Part shown: in pieces, positions 8,879 through 19,200 of the stretch
Position numbering within the stretch: the stretch's first letter is position 1
Layout of the letters: every line of letters begins with the position of its first letter
Position numbers and translations under genes: made by a program
Virus record (IMG/VR): IMGVR_UViG_3300020137_000003
Span: 1-44,424 of that record
Reading direction: 5' to 3' (one strand)
Length of the DNA: 44,424 nt
Source of the DNA: a virus
Lineage: Duplodnaviria; Caudoviricetes
The notes under the pieces: model-generated
Databases searched by the model: none
Seen by the model: the letters and a program-made list of their open reading frames with translations, nothing else
What the model was told of the DNA's origin: nothing

Positions 8879-9748
8879 ATGGGCGATGAACTTGATGCCA
8901 CTTCGACAGGCGACGAATTTAACTTCGATGCTTCTCTGAGTGACGACACACAGCAGCCGCAGGAGACGCAGTCAAGCGGCGGAAACCCTGCTTGGAACTC
9001 CGTATTGGAAGTTATTCCCAAGGAGTTTCACTCGCAGGTTACGCCGCATCTTCAAGAGTGGGACCGGGGCGTCAGTACCCGCTTCCAGAAGATTCGTGAA
9101 GAGGCTACGAAGCCATACGCTGACTACCAGCAATTCGTGGATAACAAGATTTCTCCGCAGGAACTCGAATCTGCTTACCAAATTTGGCAGCAGATCAACA
9201 CGAACCCGCGAGCAATCTACGACAGTATGACTGCCATGTTGCAGCAGATGGGCCTTCTTGAAACAGCGCAGCAAAATGCTGAACTGGAAGAAGAGGAAGC
9301 CCCTCCTGTCGATCCTCGGATTGAGGCTCTGGAAAATCAGCAGCGGCAGTTGATCGAAACTTTGCAGCGTGCTCAGCAGGAGCAGGCACAGCGTCAGCAA
9401 ATTGATGCTTTTGCTGCACAGTTCGATGCTCAAATCAAGGACGAATTCGCTCAGATCGAGTCTAAGACGGGTCCGATCCCGGAAAAGATTCGTATCGAAC
9501 TACTCAACCGTGCTTCGATGATGACGGACCAGTTGAATAGGCCCGTGTCGCTTATCGAGGCGTTTAATGATCTACAGAGTCTGCGACAGACGCTTTTGTC
9601 TTCGCGGCCTGGACAAAAGGCCCCCCAGGTTGTTCCTAGTGGTGGCGGCTATCCCGCAACTCCCCCTAATGTTGAGGCCCTCAAGACTTACGAGGGTAGA
9701 GCAGCAGCGGTCGGGGAAATCGTGAAGCGCTTCGCTCAGGACTCCTGA
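8879..9748 (+). CDS. capsid scaffolding protein
   Basis: acidic N-terminus, Gln-rich coiled coil, directly upstream of the capsid gene. Confidence 0.8.
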   Translation: MGDELDATSTGDEFNFDASLSDDTQQPQETQSSGGNPAWNSVLEVIPKEFHSQVTPHLQEWDRGVSTRFQKIREEATKPYADYQQFVDNKISPQELESAYQIWQQINTNPRAIYDSMTAMLQQMGLLETAQQNAELEEEEAPPVDPRIEALENQQRQLIETLQRAQQEQAQRQQIDAFAAQFDAQIKDEFAQIESKTGPIPEKIRIELLNRASMMTDQLNRPVSLIEAFNDLQSLRQTLLSSRPGQKAPQVVPSGGGYPATPPNVEALKTYEGRAAAVGEIVKRFAQDS

Positions 9749-9767
9749 TATACAAGGAGAGATATAA

Positions 9768-10979
9768 ATGCCGGCTACACTGGCAACTCTTAACGCAGTC
9801 ACCAAGGAAGTTTATGAAGGTGATCTGCGGGAGCAACTTAACAACGAAGTCGTGATGCTTCGTCGCATCGAAAAGACTTCCCGAGGCACCTCGAATGAGG
9901 TCGGCGGTCGTTATGTGACCTTCCCGATTCACGTTCGTCGTAACCAGGGTATCGGTGCTCGTAATGAGTCCGAGGCTCTTCCGAACCCCGGGCAGCAGGG
10001 CACGATTGCCGCTCGTATTGGTCTTAAGTATCAGTACGGCGCGGTCCAACTTACCGGCCAGACGATTAAGTTGATCGACAAGAACTACCAGGCGTTTACG
10101 TCTGCTATGGACTTGGAACTCAACGGGGTGCGCAAGGACCTTTCGGTTGACCTTAACCGTCAGGTTTGGGGCGACGGCACCGGTAAGATCGGTGCGGTTA
10201 CTTCGGCGGTCGGTGTTGCGGCACAGACTTTCCCTGTCGACCGGCCGGATCTTTTCCAGTTGGACGAGATGGTCGACTTTGTCGCTACTGCTAGCGGCAC
10301 GGTTACGCAGTCGGACCGAAAGGTTACTGCGATTAACCTTTCGGCCAAGACGATTACAGTTACTGGTACTTCGTTTACGGCGGCACAGGGTGACTACTTT
10401 GTCCGTCACGGAAACCTGAACCGTGAGTGGACGGGTCTCGGCGCTATTGTTAGCGACTCGGGCACGCTTTACAACGTGGACCCGAGTTCGGAGCCGCTCT
10501 GGAAGTCGGTCATCAACACCAATGGTGGATCGTCTACCGCGATTTCCGAGGCCATGATTACGAAGTTGGTTGATGACATTCGCTACACGAATGGCGGCAG
10601 CACTTCGGTCCTGGTCTCTACGCCAGGTGTTCGCCGGGCGTACGCGAACATGCTTCGTACTCAGCGACAGTTTGTTAATGTCAAGGAGTACACGGGCGGT
10701 TTCGCGGGTATCGGCTTTGTTACCGACAAGGGTGAAATCCCGATCGTCATTGACTACATGGCCCCTCCCGGAACTATCACGGCTCTTGAAGAGGACAACC
10801 TCAAGTTGTACCGAGAGGCTGATTGGGAGTTCATGGACCTTGATGGGTCCAAGTGGCAGCGAGTGATTACCAGCGCTGGTGCTTTCGACGCTTACGGTGC
10901 TACTTTGTACCAGTACAGCGAACTTGGCACGGATCGCCGTAACACTCACGGCCGTATCTCGAACATCACAGAAGAGTAA
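9768..10979 (+). CDS. major capsid protein
   Basis: 403 aa, AAGGAG SD, position after scaffold, followed by a strong terminator; capsid-like sequence. Confidence 0.9.
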   Translation: MPATLATLNAVTKEVYEGDLREQLNNEVVMLRRIEKTSRGTSNEVGGRYVTFPIHVRRNQGIGARNESEALPNPGQQGTIAARIGLKYQYGAVQLTGQTIKLIDKNYQAFTSAMDLELNGVRKDLSVDLNRQVWGDGTGKIGAVTSAVGVAAQTFPVDRPDLFQLDEMVDFVATASGTVTQSDRKVTAINLSAKTITVTGTSFTAAQGDYFVRHGNLNREWTGLGAIVSDSGTLYNVDPSSEPLWKSVINTNGGSSTAISEAMITKLVDDIRYTNGGSTSVLVSTPGVRRAYANMLRTQRQFVNVKEYTGGFAGIGFVTDKGEIPIVIDYMAPPGTITALEEDNLKLYREADWEFMDLDGSKWQRVITSAGAFDAYGATLYQYSELGTDRRNTHGRISNITEE

Positions 10980-10994
10980 TCTTCGCCTGCTACA

Positions 10995-11036
10995 CTAAAG
11001 GGGCCAGGTCATTCCCGACCTGGCCCCTTTAGTTTT
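10995..11036 (+). terminator. intrinsic terminator after capsid gene
   Basis: 16-bp stem CTAAAGGGGCCAGGTC / GACCTGGCCCCTTTAG then TTTT. Confidence 0.85.
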
Positions 11037-11053
11037 GACTTTTGTGAGGAATC

Positions 11054-11488
11054 ATGGTTGACACTGGTCGACTTCTTTTTGACGAGGACAGCGAGACCTG
11101 GGTTAGCGAGAAGTTCCAGCAACTCGCTGAGGTCATTAATGACTGGGACCCTCGTCTGCGACTTCTCTGGATTCCTGAGCGGAATCGTGGTCCTGGCGAT
11201 ATTTACCCCTACGCGGTTGGCTTCTTTGACAACGAATTTTCTGAGCCGCACATCATTCTCTACCTTCTTGAAGAAGAGTTGAACTCGGGGGTTCTCGGGA
11301 CGCTCTTTAACATGCGAGACAATGCGCAAAACGTTCTCGAAAAGTTGGAGAACATGGAGCAGGCTAAGAAGATTATGGAAGCTAAGGCTCAGATGGAGCA
11401 TCAGGCAGAGTTGCACGACAAGGCTCGCGCACTTTGGAAGACGCCTTTGCACACCTACACTATGGACGGGAAGGTGTTTCACCTGTGA
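11054..11488 (+). CDS. hypothetical protein
   Basis: GAGG SD; tiles in the structural operon. Confidence 0.8.
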   Translation: MVDTGRLLFDEDSETWVSEKFQQLAEVINDWDPRLRLLWIPERNRGPGDIYPYAVGFFDNEFSEPHIILYLLEEELNSGVLGTLFNMRDNAQNVLEKLENMEQAKKIMEAKAQMEHQAELHDKARALWKTPLHTYTMDGKVFHL

Positions 11489-12138
11489 GTCTTGGATATA
11501 TGTCTAAGCGTGTCTCTGACGTAGGCGACTACGTTAAGCGACAGTTCGGTGATGAATCCGGTGTTCAGATTACTGACGACGATATTCTTCGTTGGGTGAA
11601 CATGGGCCAGCAGGACCTGGCATTTATTGCTAAGGCTATCCAGGGTACTGCGACTACTGCTTACGCAGCGGGGCAAACTGAGTATGTTTTGCCCACTGAA
11701 AAGGCTATCGAGATTACTTCAATCCGTGTAGACGGGCGCCCAATTAAGGGTGTAGAATTCCAGGTGGCAGAGTCGCTGATTGTCGATAGCGACCCTACTG
11801 CATCTACTAGCGCGAAGTATCCTGACTTTTGGTGGCGCTGGGGGAACACGATCAATTTCTGGCCCAAGCCCACAACTGAGTCTGACGGCCTGGAAATTAA
11901 GGTCTACTATATCGGCACACCTGAGACTCTTGTCGACCAGTCGGACTTTCTTGGCTTGCCGGACAAGTACTTTGAAGCACTGACGGAGTATGTGCTGTCC
12001 AAGGCGTACGAACTTGATGAAGATGTTCAAAGCGCCACAGGGTCATATCAGCGTTATATGGACCGTCTAGGCCAGTCTTTTGAAGAGGACAAGGCAGAAA
12101 ACCTCTTCTATCCTGTACTCTCTTTTGTGGAGGACTAA
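11485..12138 (+). CDS. head-tail adaptor (tail tubular A-like)
   Basis: GTGA overlap start (ATG 11500 is an alternative); DILRWVN...EYVLP...FWPKP...LPDKYFEALTEY adaptor pattern. Confidence 0.7.
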   Translation: MSLGYMSKRVSDVGDYVKRQFGDESGVQITDDDILRWVNMGQQDLAFIAKAIQGTATTAYAAGQTEYVLPTEKAIEITSIRVDGRPIKGVEFQVAESLIVDSDPTASTSAKYPDFWWRWGNTINFWPKPTTESDGLEIKVYYIGTPETLVDQSDFLGLPDKYFEALTEYVLSKAYELDEDVQSATGSYQRYMDRLGQSFEEDKAENLFYPVLSFVED

Positions 12139-13701
12139 ATGCCCTCGGCCTTTGAGGAAGTTTTCATTGGTCCGTTCGTCGGAGGCTTGAACACCCTGTC
12201 GGACCAAACTTCTATTGGGGATACTGAACTCTTTCGGTGTGACAACTTTGAGATTGACCTTGACGGCTCGCTAGTTAGTCGGCCCCCGGTGCTAGCCGCT
12301 AATTCAGGGCTTAGTAGCACGAACGGCCTGGACCTGCTTTGTTATTACGTCGAATCGGGTACGGGCACCGTCTACCTGATTGCGTCCAATCGTGTTGACA
12401 CCACGTACTACTACAACGGTTCGGCGTTCTCTACGATTACGGCTAGTTTCGCTGCCACTGCTGCAATCCAGTATCGGGACAAGGTCTACCTTGTTGCCCC
12501 CCTGTCGTCTAGCAATCCTGGCGGAACGTGGACACCTTCTGGCGGATTTACTGCTGACTCTAACATGCCCAAGGGCGTAGCAATTGTTGCCAATAAGGAG
12601 CGCCTGTGGATTTGTCAGGGGAAGAGTGCAACTAGCAACGGGTCTCGTGTCTATGTGACAGATATTGTTTCTGGCGCTCCTGCCTGGAACGGAAACTACA
12701 TTTCGATTAACTCCGGCGACGGGCAGAACGTTGTTGACCTGTGCGTCTACAACTCTGACTTGATTATCTTCAAGCAGCGGTCGACGTATAGGTTTGCATT
12801 TGGTGCAGACGTTTCAACGGGTTTTGTGTCTACTTTGTCCACTACTATTGGAGCAAACGACACTGGCTGCTATGTTGCGTACGAGCAGCAAATCTACATG
12901 ACGTTCAACCAGGACGTGTACGAATTTACCAACTACGTGTTTAACCGCATCAACATGAACACTCCGTTGGTAAGCACTAGCCCTGGGGCAAGTTACACCA
13001 AGCCTTTCGGAATCTCGGCCTGGGCCAATCGACTGTTCGTCTCATACTACGAAAAGGTCTACGTTTACAATCTTCGTAATCGTACATGGAGCACGTGGAG
13101 TTCTCCTACTCGTTGGGTATCTTTGGCTAAGGTTCTGCCTTATCCTTATGAGCAGACAGATCGTCCTCGGGCGTACATGTCGTCTAGTCAGCCTCTAGGT
13201 ACCGGGCAAGGCAAGACGCTGTATCAATGTTACGACAGCCTGTCGAATGGTACACCGGGTAACAGCACTCAGACAGAACTCTTCACTTGTACATTTGAGA
13301 CTAAGAACTACGATTTTATGACGCCGTCAAAGTACAAGCGACTTGGATGGTGGGGCGGGGACGTTCTAACTCGTTCTGACCTTGATGTGTATGCACAACC
13401 TGTGCAATACGCGCGAACAGTTACGTGGGGGGAACTTGCTGAGCATAATTGGGGTGACCCAGAGATTAATACCTGGGGTGCTCTGCTCACTACTTCTTAC
13501 ACCATCGCAGACCATATGAGTATCTCTGACACCTCCGTCGGGCGAAAGTTCATCAAGTTCTTGCAGTCTTTGAGGTTCCGGCAGATTAGTTTTAAGGTGG
13601 TCGCTATGACGTACGGCAACCGGGACACCGCTCCTGTCAGAGTTTACCGCCTGTCTGCCTATGTGTCTGAGAAGCAGCGCGTCTCCAAGAAGATGACCTG
13701 A
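12139..13701 (+). CDS. tail nozzle (tail tubular B-like, beta-propeller)
   Basis: N-terminal FVGGLN...N motif, beta-rich repeats, follows the adaptor gene as in podoviruses. Confidence 0.75.
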   Translation: MPSAFEEVFIGPFVGGLNTLSDQTSIGDTELFRCDNFEIDLDGSLVSRPPVLAANSGLSSTNGLDLLCYYVESGTGTVYLIASNRVDTTYYYNGSAFSTITASFAATAAIQYRDKVYLVAPLSSSNPGGTWTPSGGFTADSNMPKGVAIVANKERLWICQGKSATSNGSRVYVTDIVSGAPAWNGNYISINSGDGQNVVDLCVYNSDLIIFKQRSTYRFAFGADVSTGFVSTLSTTIGANDTGCYVAYEQQIYMTFNQDVYEFTNYVFNRINMNTPLVSTSPGASYTKPFGISAWANRLFVSYYEKVYVYNLRNRTWSTWSSPTRWVSLAKVLPYPYEQTDRPRAYMSSSQPLGTGQGKTLYQCYDSLSNGTPGNSTQTELFTCTFETKNYDFMTPSKYKRLGWWGGDVLTRSDLDVYAQPVQYARTVTWGELAEHNWGDPEINTWGALLTTSYTIADHMSISDTSVGRKFIKFLQSLRFRQISFKVVAMTYGNRDTAPVRVYRLSAYVSEKQRVSKKMT

Positions 13702-13715
13702 GGTATACTCTATCT

Positions 13716-13940
13716 ATGGACGATCGACGTTATCTTACGGGCAGCCGTACTGGTGGCGGCGGACTCAACACTTACGCCGCTGGCAAGAAGCAGTACGGTG
13801 GTGGGCGTATTTCTCCGAATCTCGGACCAACGGAGAACAAGCAAGGGTATTTGCAACGGGATAGGGAAGCAGCGGCTCGCCGCAACTACACCCTTAAGCA
13901 GATGCAAAAGACCCAAGGTTTGAAGTTTCAAATTCTCTAG
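13716..13940 (+). CDS. small basic protein, probably leaderless
   Basis: TATACT at 13704-13709, 6 nt before ATG; no SD. Confidence 0.65.
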   Translation: MDDRRYLTGSRTGGGGLNTYAAGKKQYGGGRISPNLGPTENKQGYLQRDREAAARRNYTLKQMQKTQGLKFQIL

Positions 13941-13949
13941 GAGATAATC

Positions 13950-14792
13950 ATGGCAATTGGTGTCCGGCTTACGGATGGAGGCACTAAGCCTCGTAGTAGT
14001 TCCTCCACTATTCAACTCCCTTCTAATGCGGGATTCCCTTCGTGGGCTGGGAAGCCCGCGCCTACCCCCTCGAGTATTGCGAAGCCAAAGTCCGAAGGGC
14101 TCCTTAGCACTAGCAATGACCCTACTCCCCGGGTAGTTTTGCCGCAGAGTAGTTCTAAGCCCGCTACTACTTCTCGTTCGACTTCTCGATCTACTTCTTA
14201 TTCGACCGGTACACCTGTCGCGGCAACTTCTTCTGGCACGGTAGCGGCAACCGCACCTGCTCCGGCAGATCCTCCGGCACCTGCCGAGCCGCCTAAGCCT
14301 CCGTCGGATGAAGATTGGTGGAAGTCTGACGCGGACTACCAGGTTGAAGAAGCTTCGCTTAAGAGTTCACTGGAAAATGCTCTGGCAGAACTTGCCACCA
14401 AGCGCAGCAATTTTGACCAGGATTTTGTCACTACGTTGAAGAACCTTGGCTGGGACTGGAATGGCGATGACCAGGGCTCTTTGGATAACGTGGCTACTGG
14501 ACGTTGGGACGCGGCTAACCAACTCGGTGCGTACGGACGGGGCTTCACAAACCTGAACGATGATTTCGCTAGCCGTGGTTTGATGGACTCGTCGTTCTTC
14601 CGTGACGCGGTTCAGAACTACAACACGGACTACAACAACCAGTTTGGTAACCTGACTAGTCAGCGAAACTCGTTCCTGGATCAGAACGGTGAAAAGACCG
14701 GCGCGGGTGCTGCGGCTAACACTGAGTACCAAAATGCGCTTGCACGAGCACGGCAATCGTCGCTGGCGCGTCGTGACCTCAAGTTTGCGTAG
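13950..14792 (+). CDS. putative internal virion (ejection) protein 1
   Basis: AGGAG SD; Ser/Thr/Pro-rich N-half, helical C-half; position after nozzle. Confidence 0.6.
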   Translation: MAIGVRLTDGGTKPRSSSSTIQLPSNAGFPSWAGKPAPTPSSIAKPKSEGLLSTSNDPTPRVVLPQSSSKPATTSRSTSRSTSYSTGTPVAATSSGTVAATAPAPADPPAPAEPPKPPSDEDWWKSDADYQVEEASLKSSLENALAELATKRSNFDQDFVTTLKNLGWDWNGDDQGSLDNVATGRWDAANQLGAYGRGFTNLNDDFASRGLMDSSFFRDAVQNYNTDYNNQFGNLTSQRNSFLDQNGEKTGAGAAANTEYQNALARARQSSLARRDLKFA

Positions 14793-14800
14793 GAGATAAA

Positions 14801-16240
14801 ATGGTAGTCGGAGTTCGCCTGTCTGACGGCGGGTCTGGTAGTACCAAGAGTCAGAAGAAGGCAGGCACAGGGCTTTCGTCTATGTCTGCCCCGTATTATA
14901 CGCAAGACCAGCGCAACGCTTTGCAGGGTTCTCCGATGGGAAACCTTGCACTTGCTAACCCTTCTAGGAATATTCTTCCTGGGAGCGTTGCTCGACCGCA
15001 GCAAACGGTTCTTAGATCTGCTCCTGCACAGCAGCCCGCCAGGACCGCAAATCCCAATTCTTTTTGGGATAAGATGCGGGGGTTCCTGGGGAACGTTTAT
15101 AACAACTACCAAAATCTGACCGCTGACGCACATACGAACCAAAGTCAGGAAGAAGAGCCTGTCGAGTACCCGGGCTATTCCGGTCCTATGGCCCCTACTT
15201 CTGTGTACGGCAAGAGCATTGCGGATTTCTTGGCGATTGCTACAAAGCAGGCTAATTCTGGCATCGAGAATCAACTCGCAGCCCTTGCCCAGCAAGGGGA
15301 TAAGTTGCGAGGTGACGCTAAGGCAGGAGATGCTCAACTTGCCGAAATGTACGCTGCACTTCGGAGACAAGCAGACAAGGATGCAGCGACGAACTCCCAA
15401 ATGTACGCAGACGCTCAAACTGCGTCCAAGGCAAACACGGAGCAGGCTCAAGCGGCTTTGACAGGGGCAAATGCTGCTGTTCAGAACTCGCAAAACGAAC
15501 TTTTCAATAATCTTGGAATCAACGACGGACAGAATAGTGTTGCCAGCCAAGCCCAGCAGGAACGGGCAAAGGTTAACAACTCTGGCGTCCAGGCAAACGG
15601 AAATGCGGCCGTTCAAGAGTTGATTAAGCGGGGTGCTACGCAAGGATCTTTCGACAGGGCTATGGCCTCTGCGGGAGACTTCGCAGGCGCTTCTCGGCGA
15701 TCTGATTTGCAGCAGGCGCTTCTGTCGGCCCTGGCGGAGATTTCTGGCAGGACTGCAGAACTTAAGGACTCTGCTACTAAGCAGGCAACCTCGCTCGCTC
15801 AGTCTATGTTCAACGATGACTATAACCGATGGGCAGCGGAGCGCAACTATCAGGCTCAGATTGCCAATGACGCATATCAGAGGTATCTGGACCAAAGGAA
15901 TTACGACACTAACCGAGCAGACACGATCTGGCAGCAAGCATACCAGGAGAACCAACTTAACGCTCAAAACAATCAGGCTCCTGAGTATGATGACTACACT
16001 CAGCAGTTGATGAATTTGCAGAACTACTCCGGCGGGCAGATTGACAGCCAGCGAGCAAATGAAATCCTTGGGCTGATTAACCAAGGAGTGTCCGGCGCGA
16101 CAGAGCAAAGCGGCCAGACTAAGTTTGCAGCAGGGCTGAACTTCTTGAAGAAGCAACTGGACGCAAAGGTTATCACTCCCGAAGAGTTTAGTTCTGCACA
16201 AGCGGCACTTTACAACTTGACACAAGGCTACGCTAAGTAG
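14801..16240 (+). CDS. putative internal virion (ejection) protein 2
   Basis: AGGAG SD; Gln/Ala/Asn-rich coiled coil. Confidence 0.6.
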   Translation: MVVGVRLSDGGSGSTKSQKKAGTGLSSMSAPYYTQDQRNALQGSPMGNLALANPSRNILPGSVARPQQTVLRSAPAQQPARTANPNSFWDKMRGFLGNVYNNYQNLTADAHTNQSQEEEPVEYPGYSGPMAPTSVYGKSIADFLAIATKQANSGIENQLAALAQQGDKLRGDAKAGDAQLAEMYAALRRQADKDAATNSQMYADAQTASKANTEQAQAALTGANAAVQNSQNELFNNLGINDGQNSVASQAQQERAKVNNSGVQANGNAAVQELIKRGATQGSFDRAMASAGDFAGASRRSDLQQALLSALAEISGRTAELKDSATKQATSLAQSMFNDDYNRWAAERNYQAQIANDAYQRYLDQRNYDTNRADTIWQQAYQENQLNAQNNQAPEYDDYTQQLMNLQNYSGGQIDSQRANEILGLINQGVSGATEQSGQTKFAAGLNFLKKQLDAKVITPEEFSSAQAALYNLTQGYAK

Positions 16241-16263
16241 CCAGTACGAAAGGATCGAGTAGG

Positions 16264-19200
16264 GTGGCTAATCCAGCAGCCCGCTACGCAGATGCTCTTC
16301 GTGCGAAGTACGCTCGCGAAAGGGAGGCTCGTAGGCAGACTACGAGCCTCCCTTTGCAGCAGCCGAACTTCTATGCGAACACTTCTGCGGCGGCCCCTCT
16401 TGCACCAGCACAGCCTAAGCTTTCTGGCTTCCAGAAGATTGTTGACGTCATTGGTCAGTCCGGGTATGCAATGACTGAGACATACAAGGAGGCTATCAGC
16501 GATATTATGCGGGACAATAACACGTCCTCGCCTAGTGCCGGGCAACTTGCCATTGGCGCGCTCAAGCACGTTCTTAATCCCGCAGACAATTTTGCCGTTA
16601 ACTACTTCTCTAACTTCGGCACGCACAATGACAAGGAAAGTATCCAGGATATTCTCCGTGGCGACAAGGACCTTGTCAATGATATTTACGCAGACGCAGG
16701 GCGAAAGACCCGAGTCACTAAGGATGTAGGGGCGCTTGCCGCTAACGAGAACGATAATCTTGCACAGAAGATTCTCAAGGGCGTGGCAGGGTTTGCCGCA
16801 GATGTGGCATTTGACCCGCTGACCTATGTCCCAGGCGGCGCTGTCGTAAAGGTAGGAAAGTACGCCGCCAAGGGCGCCTCTAAGATTCCTGGCGTCACTG
16901 CGGCTGTCGATGCCGCGAAGGCAACTAAGGTCGGAGAGGACCTTGCCAACATTAGCCGAAAGTTCAAGGGAGTTTCTCCTGAAACAGCGGCTAAGGTACA
17001 GAGCGAGGTGCACAACGTCGCTGAAGCAAATCTTGGTGCTCGAAACCCGTTCTCTTCTAACTTCAAGGCTAGCACCAACGCGGATTTCAAGGCCCGTGTT
17101 AACGCTGAGGATAAGTTGAAGGCGGGAGTTGAAGAAGGCACAGAAGAACTGTCGGAGGCGCTTGACGATCTTGTTCCCGCAGGCGCGTCTAAGAACTTCG
17201 AGTCCCCCGCTCTTCGATTTGCAGAAAACACATCTCGAAAGACTACGCCTTCCTCTCCTCTTTACGGAGAGGATTTGTTGACTCGATTGAAGGAGCGTCC
17301 TTTTGTTAAGGATGCTCCTGCTTCGGCGACCCCAAAGAAGGCCGACGAAATTGAGGAAGCAGTTGTCAAGGAAGTTTCCGACGAAGAACTTAACGCGGCT
17401 TTTGACGCCAGCATCTCTATTTCTCCCGAGTTGCGGGCTAAGATCACCTCTGCACCTCAACTTGTTGCGGCTATTGCTGCTAACACTCCGGAAGTTATCC
17501 AAGGTTTGAAGTTGTCTGCTGAGGCAGTGAACCGTGCGGGGCGCTTCCTTCCTTTGCTTGTCAAGATGAATAAGGGCGTAAAGCTTACGCCTATCGAAAC
17601 TCAGCGGGCAAAGTCTCTTGGTAAGGATTTCCAAGAGATGTTCCAAAAGTTCCAGGGTGAGGGTCCCGGCACGCCGGTGGCCGCTGCGGCCTCTGAGCGG
17701 CCTGCTGAGGCTCTGGCAGCACGCCTGGCTACGGGACGGCGGGCAGCGGCTGAAAGTGCGCGAGCGGAGCGTGCAGCGGGCGAATCGACCGTGTCTCAGG
17801 TGCGGCGCGCCCGCGCGGCGACCGCTAGCGCGCGTCGGCTGTCTGGCGCGGCCGCTGCCGCCTGGATTCGCAAGTCCCGAGAATTGGGTTTGTCAGATGA
17901 AGATATTCTTCGCCTGACTTCTCAACTTACTAGTGCCGAATATCGCAAGGCGCTGAGGGCTATCTCGCGAAAGCGCACTCCTGGAAGTAAGATTCCCAAG
18001 CATTTCCAGTTCTCAGCGCGAGAAGGAGTTAGCAACACTGCGAAGAACTTCTCTCCTGAGGAACTTCTTGCTTCTAAGGCGGCTACCTCTCCTGTTATTC
18101 AGGCGATGGATGAAGTTACCAGCGTGCCCGACCTGATTAAGCGGCACTCATTGGGAGGACTTGACGAGGAAGCGCTCGCTTCTGTCGCACGAGGCGACCA
18201 CCTGTCTCCGGAATTGAATACCATCGTTGATGACTTGCTCAAGAAGCAAGGATTTAAGGGTGCGACAGAAGAACTTCCGTTCGTTTCTGCAACAGGTACT
18301 CGTCGATCGGCGCAATCTCTCGGGGAGGGCGTCGGCAAGAACATCTCCTACAACGCTCCGGCCCAAATGGACGTCCTTGGGTCTCTTTTGTCACGCCATG
18401 CCGGGGAAATTGCTGCTTTCCGCAAGCAAAGTCGTGCAAAGTTTGCGACGAAGGGTCCGAACGGCGGACCTAGCACGCGATGGAAGATTGAAGTCGGGGA
18501 ATTCATCTACAACAAGATTATGCCTGACCTTGTTGGGATTGAGAACCGGCTCGAAGCGATGGGCGTGCACTCGATTGCGTCTGCGGGTAAGGAAGGCGTT
18601 CCGCTCTCTCTGTCGCAACTTTACAGCGCGCTGCACGAGGATAGTTTGGGGCGCGCGGTGCTCTTTGGCCGTGTCCTAGACAACTTCGGATTTAAGGTTT
18701 ACTCCAACTCTAAGGGAATCCCTACTGTTAAGGCCGCGGGGCAAGAGGGAATTGCAGACTCTGATTCTCTCTTGAAGTTGGCTGCCAAGTTTGTGGATGC
18801 TGCGGCGTCCGGCGACCTCTCGAAGATCGAAAAGGTTGATGACCTTATCCCGGATGCGGTTAAGCAAATCTCGAAGTCCGATATCGAGGACGCGGTTCGA
18901 GGCGTGCACGAAGGCCCTCAAGGTAAGACGGTCCGAAACATTGGTATCGTTGAAAAGGGCAAGCGAAAGTCTCTGTCGCAGGTCGGCAAGGAGCGCGGAT
19001 ACGCTGATGAGTGGGCTCTCTTGCAAGAGGGTGAAGTCATCAACGATGTTGCGGCGGCTTTTGGCAGTCCGAAGGTCCTCGCAGCGCTTTTCGCTTCCGC
19101 AAATGAGAACGCTGCTCGCATCGGAATTCAGTTCGCCAGAAACGTCCGAAGTGCTAGCGATGAAGTTGTTGAGAAGATCGCTAAGACGATTACTGATGAC

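Noticed and set aside
9681-10949. 422-aa minus ORF; likewise 14681..16225, 16228..17646, 19552..20472 and 20488..21357
   Set aside because: Antisense shadows of well-supported structural genes
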